Shown: in pieces, positions 45,001-58,840 of the stretch
Layout: each line of letters begins with the position of its first letter
Numbering within the stretch: position 1 is the first letter of the stretch
DNA from: the human T2T-CHM13v2.0 reference genome, Homo sapiens
Length of the DNA stretch: 64,000 bases
Reading direction: 5' to 3' (one strand)
NCBI RefSeq assembly: GCF_009914755.1
Contig: NC_060925.1
Translations under genes and position numbers: made by a program
Notes under the pieces: model-generated
What the model was told of the DNA's origin: nothing
Databases searched by the model: none
The model's input: the letters and a program-made list of their open reading frames with translations, nothing else

Positions 45001-45367
45001 GGGGGTGTCATGTGCATCCTCTTACAGCTGTTGCCTCTTCTCTGGGTCTGACTGCAGCCCACAAGAAGAGGGCATTTAATGTTCTGCTGTGTGTGTAGAG
45101 GATAGTGTAGCCCCTAACCAGAGTCCTGATGGGTGCTGGTGTCCAGACCCAAGTTCTGGGGCTCCAGAGAGAGCAGGAGTGGTGCCTGAGGACTGAGGCC
45201 CAGGGGGCGGCCCTTCCCTACCCTGCACAGGCCCGGCTGGGCTGGAAAGCTGTCCCACAGCCGCAGTGAGGACAGCCGCAGGCCAGTGGGCTGCTCTGGG
45301 GGTCGTGTGGGACCTGGGGTGGGGCTGCATGGGCTCACTGTGCCCTGACCCCAGGCCCCACCCACAG

Positions 45368-45453
45368 GCAAGGAGCCCGGCCTGTTTGATGTGGTCATCA
45401 TTAACGACAGCCTGGACCAGGCCTACGCAGAGCTGAAGGAGGCGCTCTCTGAG
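45368..45453 (+). CDS. GUK1: GUK1 exon
   Basis: (S)[28 protein letters not shown]|GTGGGC. Confidence 0.95.
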
Positions 45454-45661
45454 GTGGGCCCATCCTTGTGCCTACCTGGGCAAGGCCCAAGGGGAGGCCT
45501 GGGGGCCAGGCCTTTGTTGTCCATGAGGCCACTGAGGTTAGATGGGACAGTCCTACCCAAGCACTGGCATGAGACACCGAGGTCCACGGTGGAGGGAGAG
45601 CAGGAAGCCCAGCCCTTCCTGGATACCAGCCCTCCCAACTCCCTTTCTTCCTCACTGGCAG

Positions 45662-45694
45662 GAAATCAAGAAAGCTCAAAGGACCGGCGCCTGA
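45662..45694 (+). CDS. GUK1: GUK1 last coding exon
   Basis: GGCAG|[10 protein letters not shown]; exon sum from 42510 = 594 nt = 197 aa + stop. Confidence 0.95.
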   Translation, partial: EIKKAQRTGA

Positions 45695-45918
45695 GGCTTG
45701 CTGTCTGTTCTCGGCACCCCGGGCCCATACAGGACCAGGGCAGCAGCATTGAGCCACCCCCTTGGCAGGCGATACGGCAGCTCTGTGCCCTTGGCCAGCA
45801 TGTGGAGTGGAGGAGATGCTGCCCCTGTGGTTGGAACATCCTGGGGTGACCCCCGACCCAGCCTCGCTGGGCTGTCCCCTGTCCCTATCTCTCACTCTGG
45901 ACCCAGGGCTGACATCCT

Positions 45919-45924
45919 AATAAA
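45919..45924 (+). terminator. GUK1 polyadenylation signal
   Basis: AATAAA 225 nt after the stop. Confidence 0.85.
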
Positions 45925-46599
45925 ATAACTGTTGGATTAGAAACTCCATAAATGAGTGGAATGTGGCCCCAAGGTTGGTGGGGCCCCATCATCCCGATCG
46001 GGCCCTGAGCTCCGGCAGCCCACCCTAACCACCAGCCCCAAGGAGGGCCACAAGATGGCCTCTGCCTAGGCATCTGCTGCCTGCCGGCTCGTGGCTGCTG
46101 CCCCAGGGCAGCATGATGCTTGACTGGCAGGCAGGGAAGGTGGCAGGGCTGGTCCCAACCCACCTGGCAGGCTGGCAAGTGGGGAGCAGGAAGCGGCTGC
46201 ATGGGGCAGCCTGAGGCTGCAGGGGTGGGCCCTGAGGGCTGCCTCTTGGTGCCCGACCCTGTGGGTCTGGCATGGGCCAGAGGTTCCAGGAGAGGCCCCT
46301 GAGCTCTGGCAGCTGGAGGTTCTAGATCTCGAGGTCTAAGGGGTTCCCTGAGGGAGATGCCCCTCCCCTAGCTGCCCCAGGGGCTGTGTGTGGTGTGTGA
46401 GGAGCCTCCTCTGCTCAGGCTGCCTCCCTCCTTCCCCAGTGCTCCCCCAGCTTGCCTGTCTAAGGCAGCACAGGGCCGTGCTGCCAGCCACCCCTAGGGT
46501 CAGCCCCAGCCCTGTTCTGAGCCTAGGTGAGGTGCCTCTGGGGTGGGGTGTAGACAGATGGGTGGGAGAGAAGGAGGCAGGCAGGGTGCCCGGCCGGAA

Positions 46600-47004
46600 A
46601 TGGGGGCGGGGAGAAGAGTCCCCGCCCAGAGCCCAGACTGCCGGAGGATACAGGCCAGAGCCGCCTGGACTGGGCGGCTGGGCAGGGGAGGGGAGGGGAG
46701 GGCCCAGGCAGCCCCCGGTCGCTTGCTCCAGGGCAGGTGGACTGAGCTTCGGAGGCTGGGGCTGGCCTCTGACCTGCTTGGGCTTGGAGAGCCCTGCCCG
46801 CTGCCCTGCCCCCCAGGACAATCAGGGATTCAGACCCTGAGGCCGAGGGGGGAACAATGGGGCCCTTGAGGGCCCCTCCTCCAGCCCCCATTGTGCTTGG
46901 TGGTGAGAGGTGGCCCTGGCTCGGCCACACACCCTCGGGGAGGACCAGCATCCAAGCAGGTGGAAGGGCTCTGAGGGAGACTGGAATTTTCTGGCCTGGA
47001 GAAG
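46600..47004 (+). promoter_or_regulatory. GJC2: GJC2 promoter and non-coding exon 1 with SOX (SOX10) sites; donor AAG|GTAGGG at 47005
   Basis: ACAAT 46818-46822, AACAATG 46853-46859, CATTGTG 46889-46895; GC boxes; counting back across the splice puts c.-167 at 46857 (A) and c.-170 at 46854 (A), matching the known A>G variants. Confidence 0.85.
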
Positions 47005-49559
47005 GTAGGGTGCTGGGGTCCATGTATGTACCTCATGGGGCTGGGGGCTGTTGCCCCAGGAGACAGCCTCACGCTGTGCCCCTTGGCCTTGAGGCCCCGA
47101 AGGAGGGAGGGCTTCCTAGGGCCCAGCCATAGGAGGGTGCACTCCTTGCGCCTGCCACCCCCTCCTGGGCTCCGCTGCTCCACGCAGATGGTGGGGTGGC
47201 CCCCCCACTCCATGTCTGTGTCCTTCAGGCCCAGCTGCCTTCACCGCAGGGTGGGCACCAACCGGTGGGGTCTGCTCTGGGACAGCTGGCAAGCGGGAGG
47301 GGGGTGCCTTCAGTACCTCCCCCAGCAGCTGGGGCCCCTCAGGTAGTGATAGGGCTGGCCTCTGAAACACCAGCCAGCTGCATTGTGTCCAGGCCCAGTC
47401 CCCCACCCTCAGCGGCCACCTGGAGGTGAGGGGGCCAGCCTGCCCCTGGTATAGACAGACCTGGGGCCCTGCTCAGTCCCCTCCATAGAAGGCCACAAGC
47501 CACTAAGTTTGCACTGGGGCCCAGCCTAGGTCTGAAGCCCAGCAGACCCTGTGGTCAAGGATCCAACCCCAGTGCCTGTCAGTGCTGTGATTAACTGGGT
47601 GGAGGCCCCCCGGGGGTGCTGGGGCAGGCCCTCAGTGCAAGGAAGGGGCGGCGTGGCTGAGGAGGGGGAGGCCCACACCCCTCTGGGAGGGCGGAGCACC
47701 CCAGGGCTGCTGCGCAGGGAGGCCACAGCCCAGGCGCGGGGGCCCCCATCCCAGAGCTGGATGGCAGTGAGCCCAGGATTCCTGGCTGCTGGGCGTTCAG
47801 GAGGGAAGAGACGGGTTCGTGGATCCTGCGGGTGGAGGGCAGGGACAGCCTTAGGAGGCTGGGGTAATCATCACCCCCTCACTCCCAGTATGGATACCCG
47901 CCAGGGCTCGGTTTCTGGAGGGTGTGTGGCTCAGCTCCAGGCCTGCAACAGCCCTGGAGGCTGGCCTGGGGAGCTGCCCAGGCTTCAGCGATGACACACT
48001 CCCAGCCTGACCCAGGCCTAACTCGCCCCCTTGGTCCACCTCCAGAGGAGGAACAGCCCCTCACTTCTGGGCCTGACAGCTCTGTTCCTGCTTGGGACCC
48101 TGAGGGAGGGAACTCAAGAACAGGCTGCAGGAGGGGCCCACGCATTCACAGCGCCAACAACCCCAGGGAGGAGAGGGCTCCACGGGGGAGGAGGCACCAG
48201 CCTGGATGCTGCCTTGCCACCTGCACGTGTGCACGGCCCTGGCAAGGCCTGGGGATCCCACAGACTCATACCTCCACACCACGCTCCTCAGTGTCCCCTC
48301 ACTCCCCTGACATTCCTGAGCGCCACACCCATGCTCTTGGGCTCCTGGGGGTCTGGTCAGTTCAGGAGCTGTGGCAGGCCATGTAAGGGGAGCCACCATG
48401 TGGGCAGGCACTTGGGGTCTTGGTGGGGGCACCTTGCTTTCCTGGGCCTGGTGGGGACTCCTGAGGGAGGCACGTGGTGAGGTTGAGTCTGAATAGGGAG
48501 GGTTCATGGCTATGTGTGAGAGTGAGTGTGTGAGCCCAGCTCCATGTTGAGCTCGAGCAGCAGTGTGCATGTGGCAGTGTGCACTGCTTGTGTGTGGGGG
48601 GGTGGAGGGAGGAGCGTGCCCTGTGTGTACATGTGAAGGATGCATGAGGATGGCTGGTGCCCACACCCAGTGGGGCCTACTGCTGCACAGGCAGGACAGT
48701 GAGGCCGGCCACAGAGCTGCTGGGGCAGAGTGGGCATGGAGGGAGGGTTCCAGGCCTCGGGCTTGGGTCCTAGGTGGCTGAGCTCTGCACCTCCCTCTGG
48801 ACCAGGGCATCCAGAGGAGCATGGCTGAGGGTGCACTCGGGGCTGACCGTCCCAGGGCCTGGGCTGTCCAGGACAGGCAGCTGGGGGCTCAGGCAGGGAC
48901 ATGGAGGACAGGTAGTGGAGCTGCCACCACAGAGCTGAGCTCTGGGCATCAGGGTAGGGGGCTACGGCCTGTCAGCGGGTGAGGAGAAATTGAGGCCTGA
49001 GGATGGGTGAGTGCTGTAGCCCCCTCTGAGTGAGGACTGTCCCCACACAGGGCCCTGCAGTGGAGTGCAGGGGAAGGAGGGGACTGTGCCTGCAGGAGCT
49101 CCAGGGAAGTGGGACTGGGAATCTGCTTTGGACTGTGAGTGGACAAGCGACAGCACAGTGCCTGCCATGCGCTGGGGTACCATCATTTTCGGGGAAGGGA
49201 GGAGCCTGCCCCAGGGTCCCGCCTGGTGAACTGTGTGCGTGGGTGCCTGTCTGGTGGCTGCCCTAAACTGCAGAAAACACCCACCCTTCGCGGCCTGCCC
49301 TGGGAGGGCCTGGAGATGGAAGGAAATACCTGGGCCCCTGACCCTGTGCTACACCCAGCAGGGCGGGGCTCGTTCTGCAGTGCCTCAGGACCCTTGTTCA
49401 GACCCAGGATGAGCAGGAGCTTGATGGGGGAGGGGGCCCGGCTCTGACCGGTGTCCTGAGATACCAGGACACCAGGACACTGGTCAGAGCTGGCCCAGCC
49501 AGGTTTGCAGACAGGCAGCCTCAGCTTGGGCCTGCTTGCCCTGAAACCCTTCCCAGAGG

Positions 49560-49750
49560 TGGCCCCCACTGTGAGCCCCCATGGTGAGTCCCTTTGCTCT
49601 TGCTGCGCACCCCTTTGAAGCCCTTCCTGTGAGCCCCCGATGCCACCAGGGCGAGACCGCCCCCACTGTGAAGCCCCCTTTCACACCCTGGCCTAGTAGC
49701 GAGCCCCCATGAGACCCTGGTCCCCAGTATGAGAACCCTGTGAGTCCCCG
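49560..49750. repeat. Degenerate tandem repeat (CC(A/C)CTGTGAG(C/T)CCCC core)
   Basis: About 8 imperfect TG(T)GA(A/G)CCCC units. Confidence 0.6.
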
Positions 49751-50236
49751 GCCCTCCACCAATGCCCACATCCTCCTCTACTTCCCACAGCCTTCCCTGA
49801 GGCTGACCCTGCCTCACCACTCCCAGACCTGGGCCAGGCAGCGTCCTGGCTGGTGGCCTCCTGTGGTCACCCCCCTACCTCGCCCTGACACCTTACTAAC
49901 CCCAGCAGCTGCCTCCTCCCAGACTCTGAAGCCCAAGGGTGCCTCCAGCTCTTTGGCCAAGCTGAAGCCTCTCCCCACCAATCCTCATTTTGGGCACCCT
50001 GGAGGTGTAGCTTTGGGGTGAGATCTCTTGGACTTGTGTGCACATAGTCTGCAAATCCCGGGCCTGGCTCCCTGGGGGCCAGCACCCCTCCCCTCTCCTC
50101 CCGTGGGCCTCCACCAAGCCCCTGCTGACAGCCTCATCCTGCAGCACTAGACAGTGCCCACCTCAGCTTGTCCCGCCTCTCTATCATGGTCCTTTCTTTA
50201 AGTAGGGGTTTATTTTACAGCACTTTCACAGAAAAG

Positions 50237-50985
<749 letters not shown>

Positions 50986-53104
50986 AAGATTTACAGAAAT
51001 GCTGTGAGGATAGTGCAGAGTTCTTATAGACCTCACACCCAGTTTCCCCGTTGCTGACGTCTTGCATTAGCGTGACATGCTCCTCATAATGAATGGACCA
51101 ATATGGATGAGCTGGGATTAACTGAGGTCCTTGCTGTATGCAGATGTCTTTGCCTCTCCCCTACAGCTCCTTTTCTGCCCCGCCATGGATCCCACATGGT
51201 GTCAGTCACCGTGTCTCCCTGGACTCCTCTTGGTTTCGGCAGCCTCCTGGGTCTCCTTGTATGGGGTGTCCTCACTGTCTGGATGAACACTGGCCGGATG
51301 TTCTGTAGGATGCCCCTTGGGTGGGATCCCTTTCACCCTCATGTTTCCTTATGAGTCTTCAGGGGGATGGGTTTTGGGAGGAATACCATGGAGTTGACGT
51401 GACCTTCCCATGAGATGCTGTGAAGCATCCACACCATTCACGATGCTTGTGATGACACCTTGGCCGCCTGGCCAGGGTTGGTGTAGGAGGCATGCTGCAG
51501 AGGCGCTCTCCCCCTCTCCCTCCCACACCCTCTGAAGCCAGGTTACCAGGTGCAGCCCACAGGTAGGGATGGGGGTCATGCTCCCCTCCAGTACAGAGTG
51601 TCCACATGGCTGCTTTGGATTGACTCTGCACAGAGGAGCTGTCTCCTGTCCCCCATTTGGTTATACATTCAGTCACGTACTTTGGCTTCTAATCTATGTC
51701 AGTCTGTAATCTGTAACACAAGACTACTTGATTTCTTTCACTGCTCAGAGGGATCCAGTCTCAGGCACTGGGTGCTCTACGTGCAGGTGCTGCTTGCACA
51801 GACTTCCTCTCTGACACTACAGTTTGCGCCAGGCTCTTCTGTACATTCCCAGCCCCAGCCCTCGGGTCTGCCAGTTCCCCACCAGGGGTTCCTGATTCCT
51901 GTGATTGGGAGTGGAGGTAGGAACCAAGGCCTGGGCCCCAGGTAGATTCTTGCTCCTAGGGTGTTTTTGCATTGAGGCCTTTGCAGGCGCCAGAGCAAAG
52001 GTGTGTGTCTGAACCCAGGTGCATCCACATAGCTGTATTTTCTATGAAACCGCCCACGTCTCTGTGAGACACCCTGTGGTCTCCAGCTGTGATCGTCATC
52101 ACATGGAATAGTCACTAGCAGCATGGAAGGCGGTGACACAGCGACAGCCTCAGGGAAGGGCTGAACCTGTGTGTGTGCGCCTGTGCATGTGTGTGTGGCG
52201 AGGCCAGGTAGCAAAGGCTCCTGGTGGGAGTGGGCTCCAGCCAGTGTGGGAGCCGTGGGCAGAGCACACGAGGGGATATCTGGAGCCAGGCGTGGAATGG
52301 GGGCAGGGGACCTGGCACTAAGGCAGGTGAGGCCGCGGCATTCGCTCTGGTTAGGAGTCACAGGCAGGGCAGGAGTCCTGCTGGGTGGGCGTCCTAATGC
52401 TCCCCAGGCTTGCAGGCAAGGAGTGAAGTGCTTGAGGCCCTGCAGGCGGGGCCAGGCTCAGGATTGGCTGGGATAGGGAAGCTGCTCTGCAGAGCAGAGT
52501 GGCATTTGGGTGTGGCCCTCTGGCAGTGGCTGTGCTTGCTGGGCATCTGAGTGCCCATGTTGGGGGTGGCAGCAGGCCCAAGAGAGAATTACAGGCTGGA
52601 GGTGTGGATCTGGGAGTCCCCATAGGCGTGGCCCTGAGACCAGGACCCAGGTTCTTCCAGACCATTCCCAGGACCACTATGTGGGTGCAAGTGACACAGG
52701 CCCCCAGAGCTAAGTGCCAGCCCTCAGACGCCAGGGCACATCAGCCCAGGGCCGAGCCACAGTGGTCTCCAGAGCTGAGCCAATGGCGCCGTTTCCTCAG
52801 CTGAATCAAGGAAGCCACTCCGCAGTCAGCCACAACGGGAATGCTCACACCATGGGCACTGGCAGGCGCCATTACTGCAGGCTGCCCCCAGAGAGCCATT
52901 TGTTCAATATTGCCCCCACACAGCTGGGCAGGCTGGCCCTGGCACTGAAGGCCTCCTGCCCCATCTCTCCCTTGAGCCTGCTCTGTCTCAGGTTCCTGTC
53001 GGGCTGGAATCAGTGGGCCTTAGCCTGCTGTGATGGGTCAGGTGGGGAGGGAGGTGGGCCCTGCCTACTGGAGCCAGGGAGATAGGGGAGGTGGCCTCAG
53101 GGCT

Positions 53105-53500
53105 GGAGTGTGCCCGCCTGTGCCTGTGTGTGCCTGATCACACGTGTGTGTGTGTGCACGGGTCTGTGTGCATGTGTGTGCATATATGTGTATGTGGTTG
53201 TGCATACGTATGTGCATGTGTGTGCATATGCACAAGTGTGTATGTGCCACTGTTTTCATGCATGTGCATCTGCATGTGAGTGCAAAGAAGCATGCCTGTG
53301 GATGTACACATACATCTGTTTGCATTAACCCTGTTTGCATGTGTGTCTGAGCATGCACGTGTACATGTGTATGCATGTGTGTGCATGGGTATCTGCATAT
53401 GCATGTGCGTGTTCATGCATGTGCACGTGTGTGCATGTGTACACATGTGAATCTGTGGGTATGTATCTGAGTGTGTGTGCACATGTGAATGTGTGTGGCT
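53105..53500. repeat. (TG)n/(CATG)-rich alternating purine-pyrimidine tract
   Basis: About 400 bp of GTGTGCATGT-type repeats. Confidence 0.9.
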
Positions 53501-54113
53501 CTGAGGGGTACTGCACAGATGTGAGGAAGCAGGGCCACTTCCCCAGGAACCCTGACTGCCCCCTCTTCCTGCCCCGGGTGGGGAGGCCTCAGCTGCATAA
53601 AGAGGCCGGGAGCCTCACCAGCGACTGCTGCTGGTCCCACACCTGCCGCTGCTGCCTCCCAGGCCAGGTACCGGGAGGGGGCCAGAGGCGGAGGGAGCTA
53701 AGGGGTCTCCTGCCTCAGCGACCCAGGAGCAGGTACTGGCCCTGGGGCAACCGCCAGCAGAGGGTGGGCAGGGGAGCTGCAGGAGCTCTCCTTCTTTGGA
53801 GCACAGGCCCTGCTGCACAGCCCTTTCCTGGGCACTTGCCCACCTTGGGCTTGGCTGGTCTGCGGCATAGCTGTCTCTGAGGGTCGCAGGTGCTGAGTGT
53901 GGCCTCACATCACTGGGTCTATAACCTCGCTGGACACCGTCCCTCCTGGACGGACGACTGGCTTCATCCTGACCCCAGCTAGAGATGGTCTGGGTTGAGA
54001 CCATGGAGGACCAGGAACCTAGACTGGGCGGGCGGAGCCCTGGGACCCTGGGCACCTGAGAAGGGCAGCGGGACCAGCCGGGGGCTGGAGGGAGGATGGA
54101 GGATTTTGTGGAG

Positions 54114-54184
54114 GTGGAGGGACCCCGACGCCCCTGTCCAGGGTGTGGAGGGACCCCGACGCCCCTGTCCAGGGTGTGGAGGGA
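54114..54184. repeat. Perfect 31-bp tandem repeat x2.3
   Basis: GTGGAGGGACCCCGACGCCCCTGTCCAGGGT at 54114 and 54145, partial at 54176. Confidence 0.9.
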
Positions 54185-54604
54185 GGCAGAGCAGGGCCTC
54201 TGGGGGCCGAGGGGCTATGGGGATTGTGGACTGGTGGCACTTTGGGGTCTGGGAGCTGATGGTGGTGCAGGCACGGGGGGCTGTGAAGGACTGAGGGCTG
54301 ATGGGGCTGCAGGGGCTTGGGGGCTAGGGAGCTGGAGGGGCCAGGAGGGATTGAGTGGCTAGGCAGGCTGGGGAGACCCTTTGGATGCTGAAACTCTGTG
54401 GGACCCTCCCCAACAACCTGGATGCGGCTGGGGCTGGGTTGGTGGCCATGGGTGCAGTGGACACTGAGACCACCAGTCCCCACACACTTGAGTGGTGCTT
54501 GCCTCAGTGTCCCCATCTGCCTCATGAAGGCAACTCACCCAGCTGGGGCCCTGCATCTGCACGAGCAGGGGCCGGATCAGGTGGGGGCTTCCACTTCCGT
54601 TTAA

Positions 54605-56074
<1,470 letters not shown>

Positions 56075-56800
56075 GGGCGCTGGCTTGCGAGCTGGGCCAG
56101 GGAGGAGGAGGGTTGGGGGGCTCCGGTGGAAACCTGCGACCCCTTCTCCTCAGCCTTCTCCTTAGCCGGTGGCCTCAGGCAGACTCTGCCCAGAGGGGCA
56201 GCCAGGCTGCTCAGGGAAGGGGCTGAAAGCGGCAGAGGAGTGCCCTGGCTTGGTCACCACTGGGGCCAAGGTGGGGTGGAGAGAGGCCTAGGAGCCAGAA
56301 AGGGCCCTCTGCTGTGGTCTGAACCCCAGGGGGAGTGGGGCATTGACTCCACCCCTGTCCTGAGCTGGAATAGGTCCTCTGGGATGCCAGCTCTCCCCTT
56401 TGTGCTTCCCTGCAGCAACCCATGGAGGGCCCAGGGTGCCTGGTATGGGCATCAGTTGGTGGGGGTGCGGGGGTGCGTGTCCCCATTCCCTGCAACAGCA
56501 AATGGGGCTCCTTCTTCAGCCCTCCCCTTCCCAGCCCCAAACTGAGACAGACTGGGAGCTGGGAGCCTGGGGTGGACAGGACCATACCCTCTTTGAGCTT
56601 CTGCGATGCCGGCCTTCCGTTCCTCTGGGAGGCTTGAAGTTCTGCAGAGATGTTGATATGCCTTGCAGCTTGGACCCAATGGGTGGTGGTCAGGGCCTGG
56701 GGGCTTGGCCATGCTGGGGGAATGGGGCTCTGGGTTCCTGCCTGTGGCCTGTCTGTCCTCCTCCCTAATTCAGACCCAGCCTCAAGAGGAAAGGGAGTAA

Positions 56801-56806
56801 AATAAA
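56801..56806 (+). terminator. GJC2 polyadenylation signal
   Basis: AATAAA followed by a GT-rich tract (56825-56950). Confidence 0.85.
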
Positions 56807-57719
56807 ACTAACTTGTTTATAACCTTGTGTGTGCATGTGTATGCATGTGCACGTGTGGCTATGTGTGTGACTGCATGCACATGTATGTGCATTGTGTGCA
56901 TGTCTGGGTGTATGCTTATATGTGTATGCATGGGTGTGTGTGCATGGCTACCACATGGGGAGACATGGCTTAGCTCCAGGCTGGCTGGGAGAGGAGACCC
57001 CTCCCCAGGGACTGGCAGGGGAGTATGGTCACAGGCGAGCCCCTGTAGCTTGTCAGACAACACTCGGGGCCTGCTCGGTGCCAGGCAGCGTGCCGGGGGC
57101 AGGGGTGGGTGGGGCAGGGTGGAGTGCACTGATGGTGAGAAAGAAAGAAAACACTCAGAGCCTCAGGTTGGGCCGCAGCTCAGTGGATGGAGGGCGGCTG
57201 TCTCAGGCCCCGTCATGACCAGGACGTCGGCCAGAGCCTGCAGGGGTGGCTTTGGCGAGGGGCAGGGGGGCTCATTAGCCCCTGGAGCACACTCCGGGTG
57301 ACTGGCTACCCCCCAGCCTCCCTTAGGCCTGGTGCAGCCTGGCCGGCTGCCCCTCCTGGGCTGCACACCCCTCTCTCTGTGGTGTCCCTCAGCCAAGACT
57401 CAAGCCCAGGCTGAGCCCTGAGTCTCACCGAAGCCCAGCTCCGGGCAGATGCCAACTGCAAGCTGAGTCCCTCTCCTTTCTGGGGCTTGCCTGGCTGACC
57501 TCTGGCCCCATGTGAGCCCTGACTCAGGGAGCCACGGACAGAAATGCCGAAAGTGCAGCCTCAGGGAAGAAAAGCAAACACCAACCCCAACAGGTGTCCA
57601 CTCCAGTGGGGACACACCAGGAGCCTCTCCAAGACAGGAAGGGTTTGGGGCTGTGCTGCTGGCGGTGCCGTCACGGGGGAGGCCAGGTCCCTGTGGTGGG
57701 GGCCGCGGTGTCCAGCCAT

Positions 57720-58395
57720 GCTGGGCAACTGTGCATGGCTCACCCTTCCTCCACCTTTGGTTCTGTTCAGGCCTTCACCTGATCAGACGAGGCCAGCCAC
57801 ATTGCAGAGGCCAATCTGCTTTCCTCAGTCCATCTATTCAAGTCTTAGTGTCATCTGGAAATGCACTCACAGACACGCCTAGAATAATGTGTGACCCCAT
57901 ATCTGGGCACCCTGTGGCCCAGTCAAATGGACACATAAAATGAACCATCACAGGCCAAGCACTGTCTCACGTCTGTCATCCCAGCACTTTGGGAGGCTGA
58001 GATGGGAGCATCACTTGAGCCCAGGAGTTCAAGATGAGCCTGAGCAACACAGACCCCATGTCTACAAAAAATTTAAAAAGTAGCTGGGCATGGTGGCATG
58101 CACCTGTGGTCCCAGTACTCAGGAGGCTGGGGTGGGAGGATCACTTGAGCTAGGGAAGTCGAGGTTGCAGTGAGCTGTGATGGCACCACTGCACTCCAGC
58201 CTGGGAAACAGAGCAACACCCTGTCTCAAAATAAATAAAATTAGCCATCACAGGCAGACTGGAGGCAGAACTGCTGCTTCTTTGGGAAACTTTAGTCTTT
58301 GGCTATATATCTAGATATAGATATAAAAATAGTATATAGTATCTGTGTCTATATTTCCTATGGTTTTGTTTCTCTGGAGAACCCTGGCTAGTACA
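57720..58395. mobile_element. MLT2-type LTR fragments with an inserted AluJ-like element (57952-58240, +)
   Basis: CACAGACACGCCTAGAATAATG...AACCATCACA terminus; Alu flanked by AAAAT(G/T)A(A/G)CCATCACAGGC. Confidence 0.7.
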
Positions 58396-58469
58396 CATCC
58401 CCCAGCCAGAGCTGTTCAAAGGGCACCCCAGCTTCGAGGGAAGCTGGAAATGATCTCAAACTTGGAGGG

Positions 58470-58840
58470 TGTGCCCGTTGGGACTGCCATAGCACCGCAT
58501 CATCCACTGGGTGCCTTAAACAACAGACACTGATTATCTCACAGTCCTAGAAGGGAAGGCCAAGATTAAGGTGTGGGCGAGGCTGGTTCCTCCTGCAGCC
58601 TCCCTCCTTGGCCCGTGGATGCCATCTCCCCCCTGTGTCCTCACACAGCTGTCCCTCTGTGTGCATCTGTGTCCTAATCTCCTCTTCTTTTAAGGACACC
58701 AGCCACCGTGGATTAGGACCCACCCCAATGAACTCATTTTAACTTAATCACCTCTTTAAAGGCTTTGTCTCCAATTATAGCCACATTCTGAAGTTCCTGG
58801 AGGTTAGGGCTTCAGCACAGGAGTTTCGAGGGGACAATTC
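58470..58840. mobile_element. MLT1-type MaLR LTR
   Basis: CTTAAACAACAGACAC...TCTCACAGT...GGACACCAG...GGATTAGG...CACATTCTGA. Confidence 0.7.

Noticed and set aside
53065-53516. Cys/His-rich ORFs (also 40797-41233 and 56782-57301) resembling metal-binding proteins
   Set aside because: Translations of (TG)n/(CA)n simple repeats
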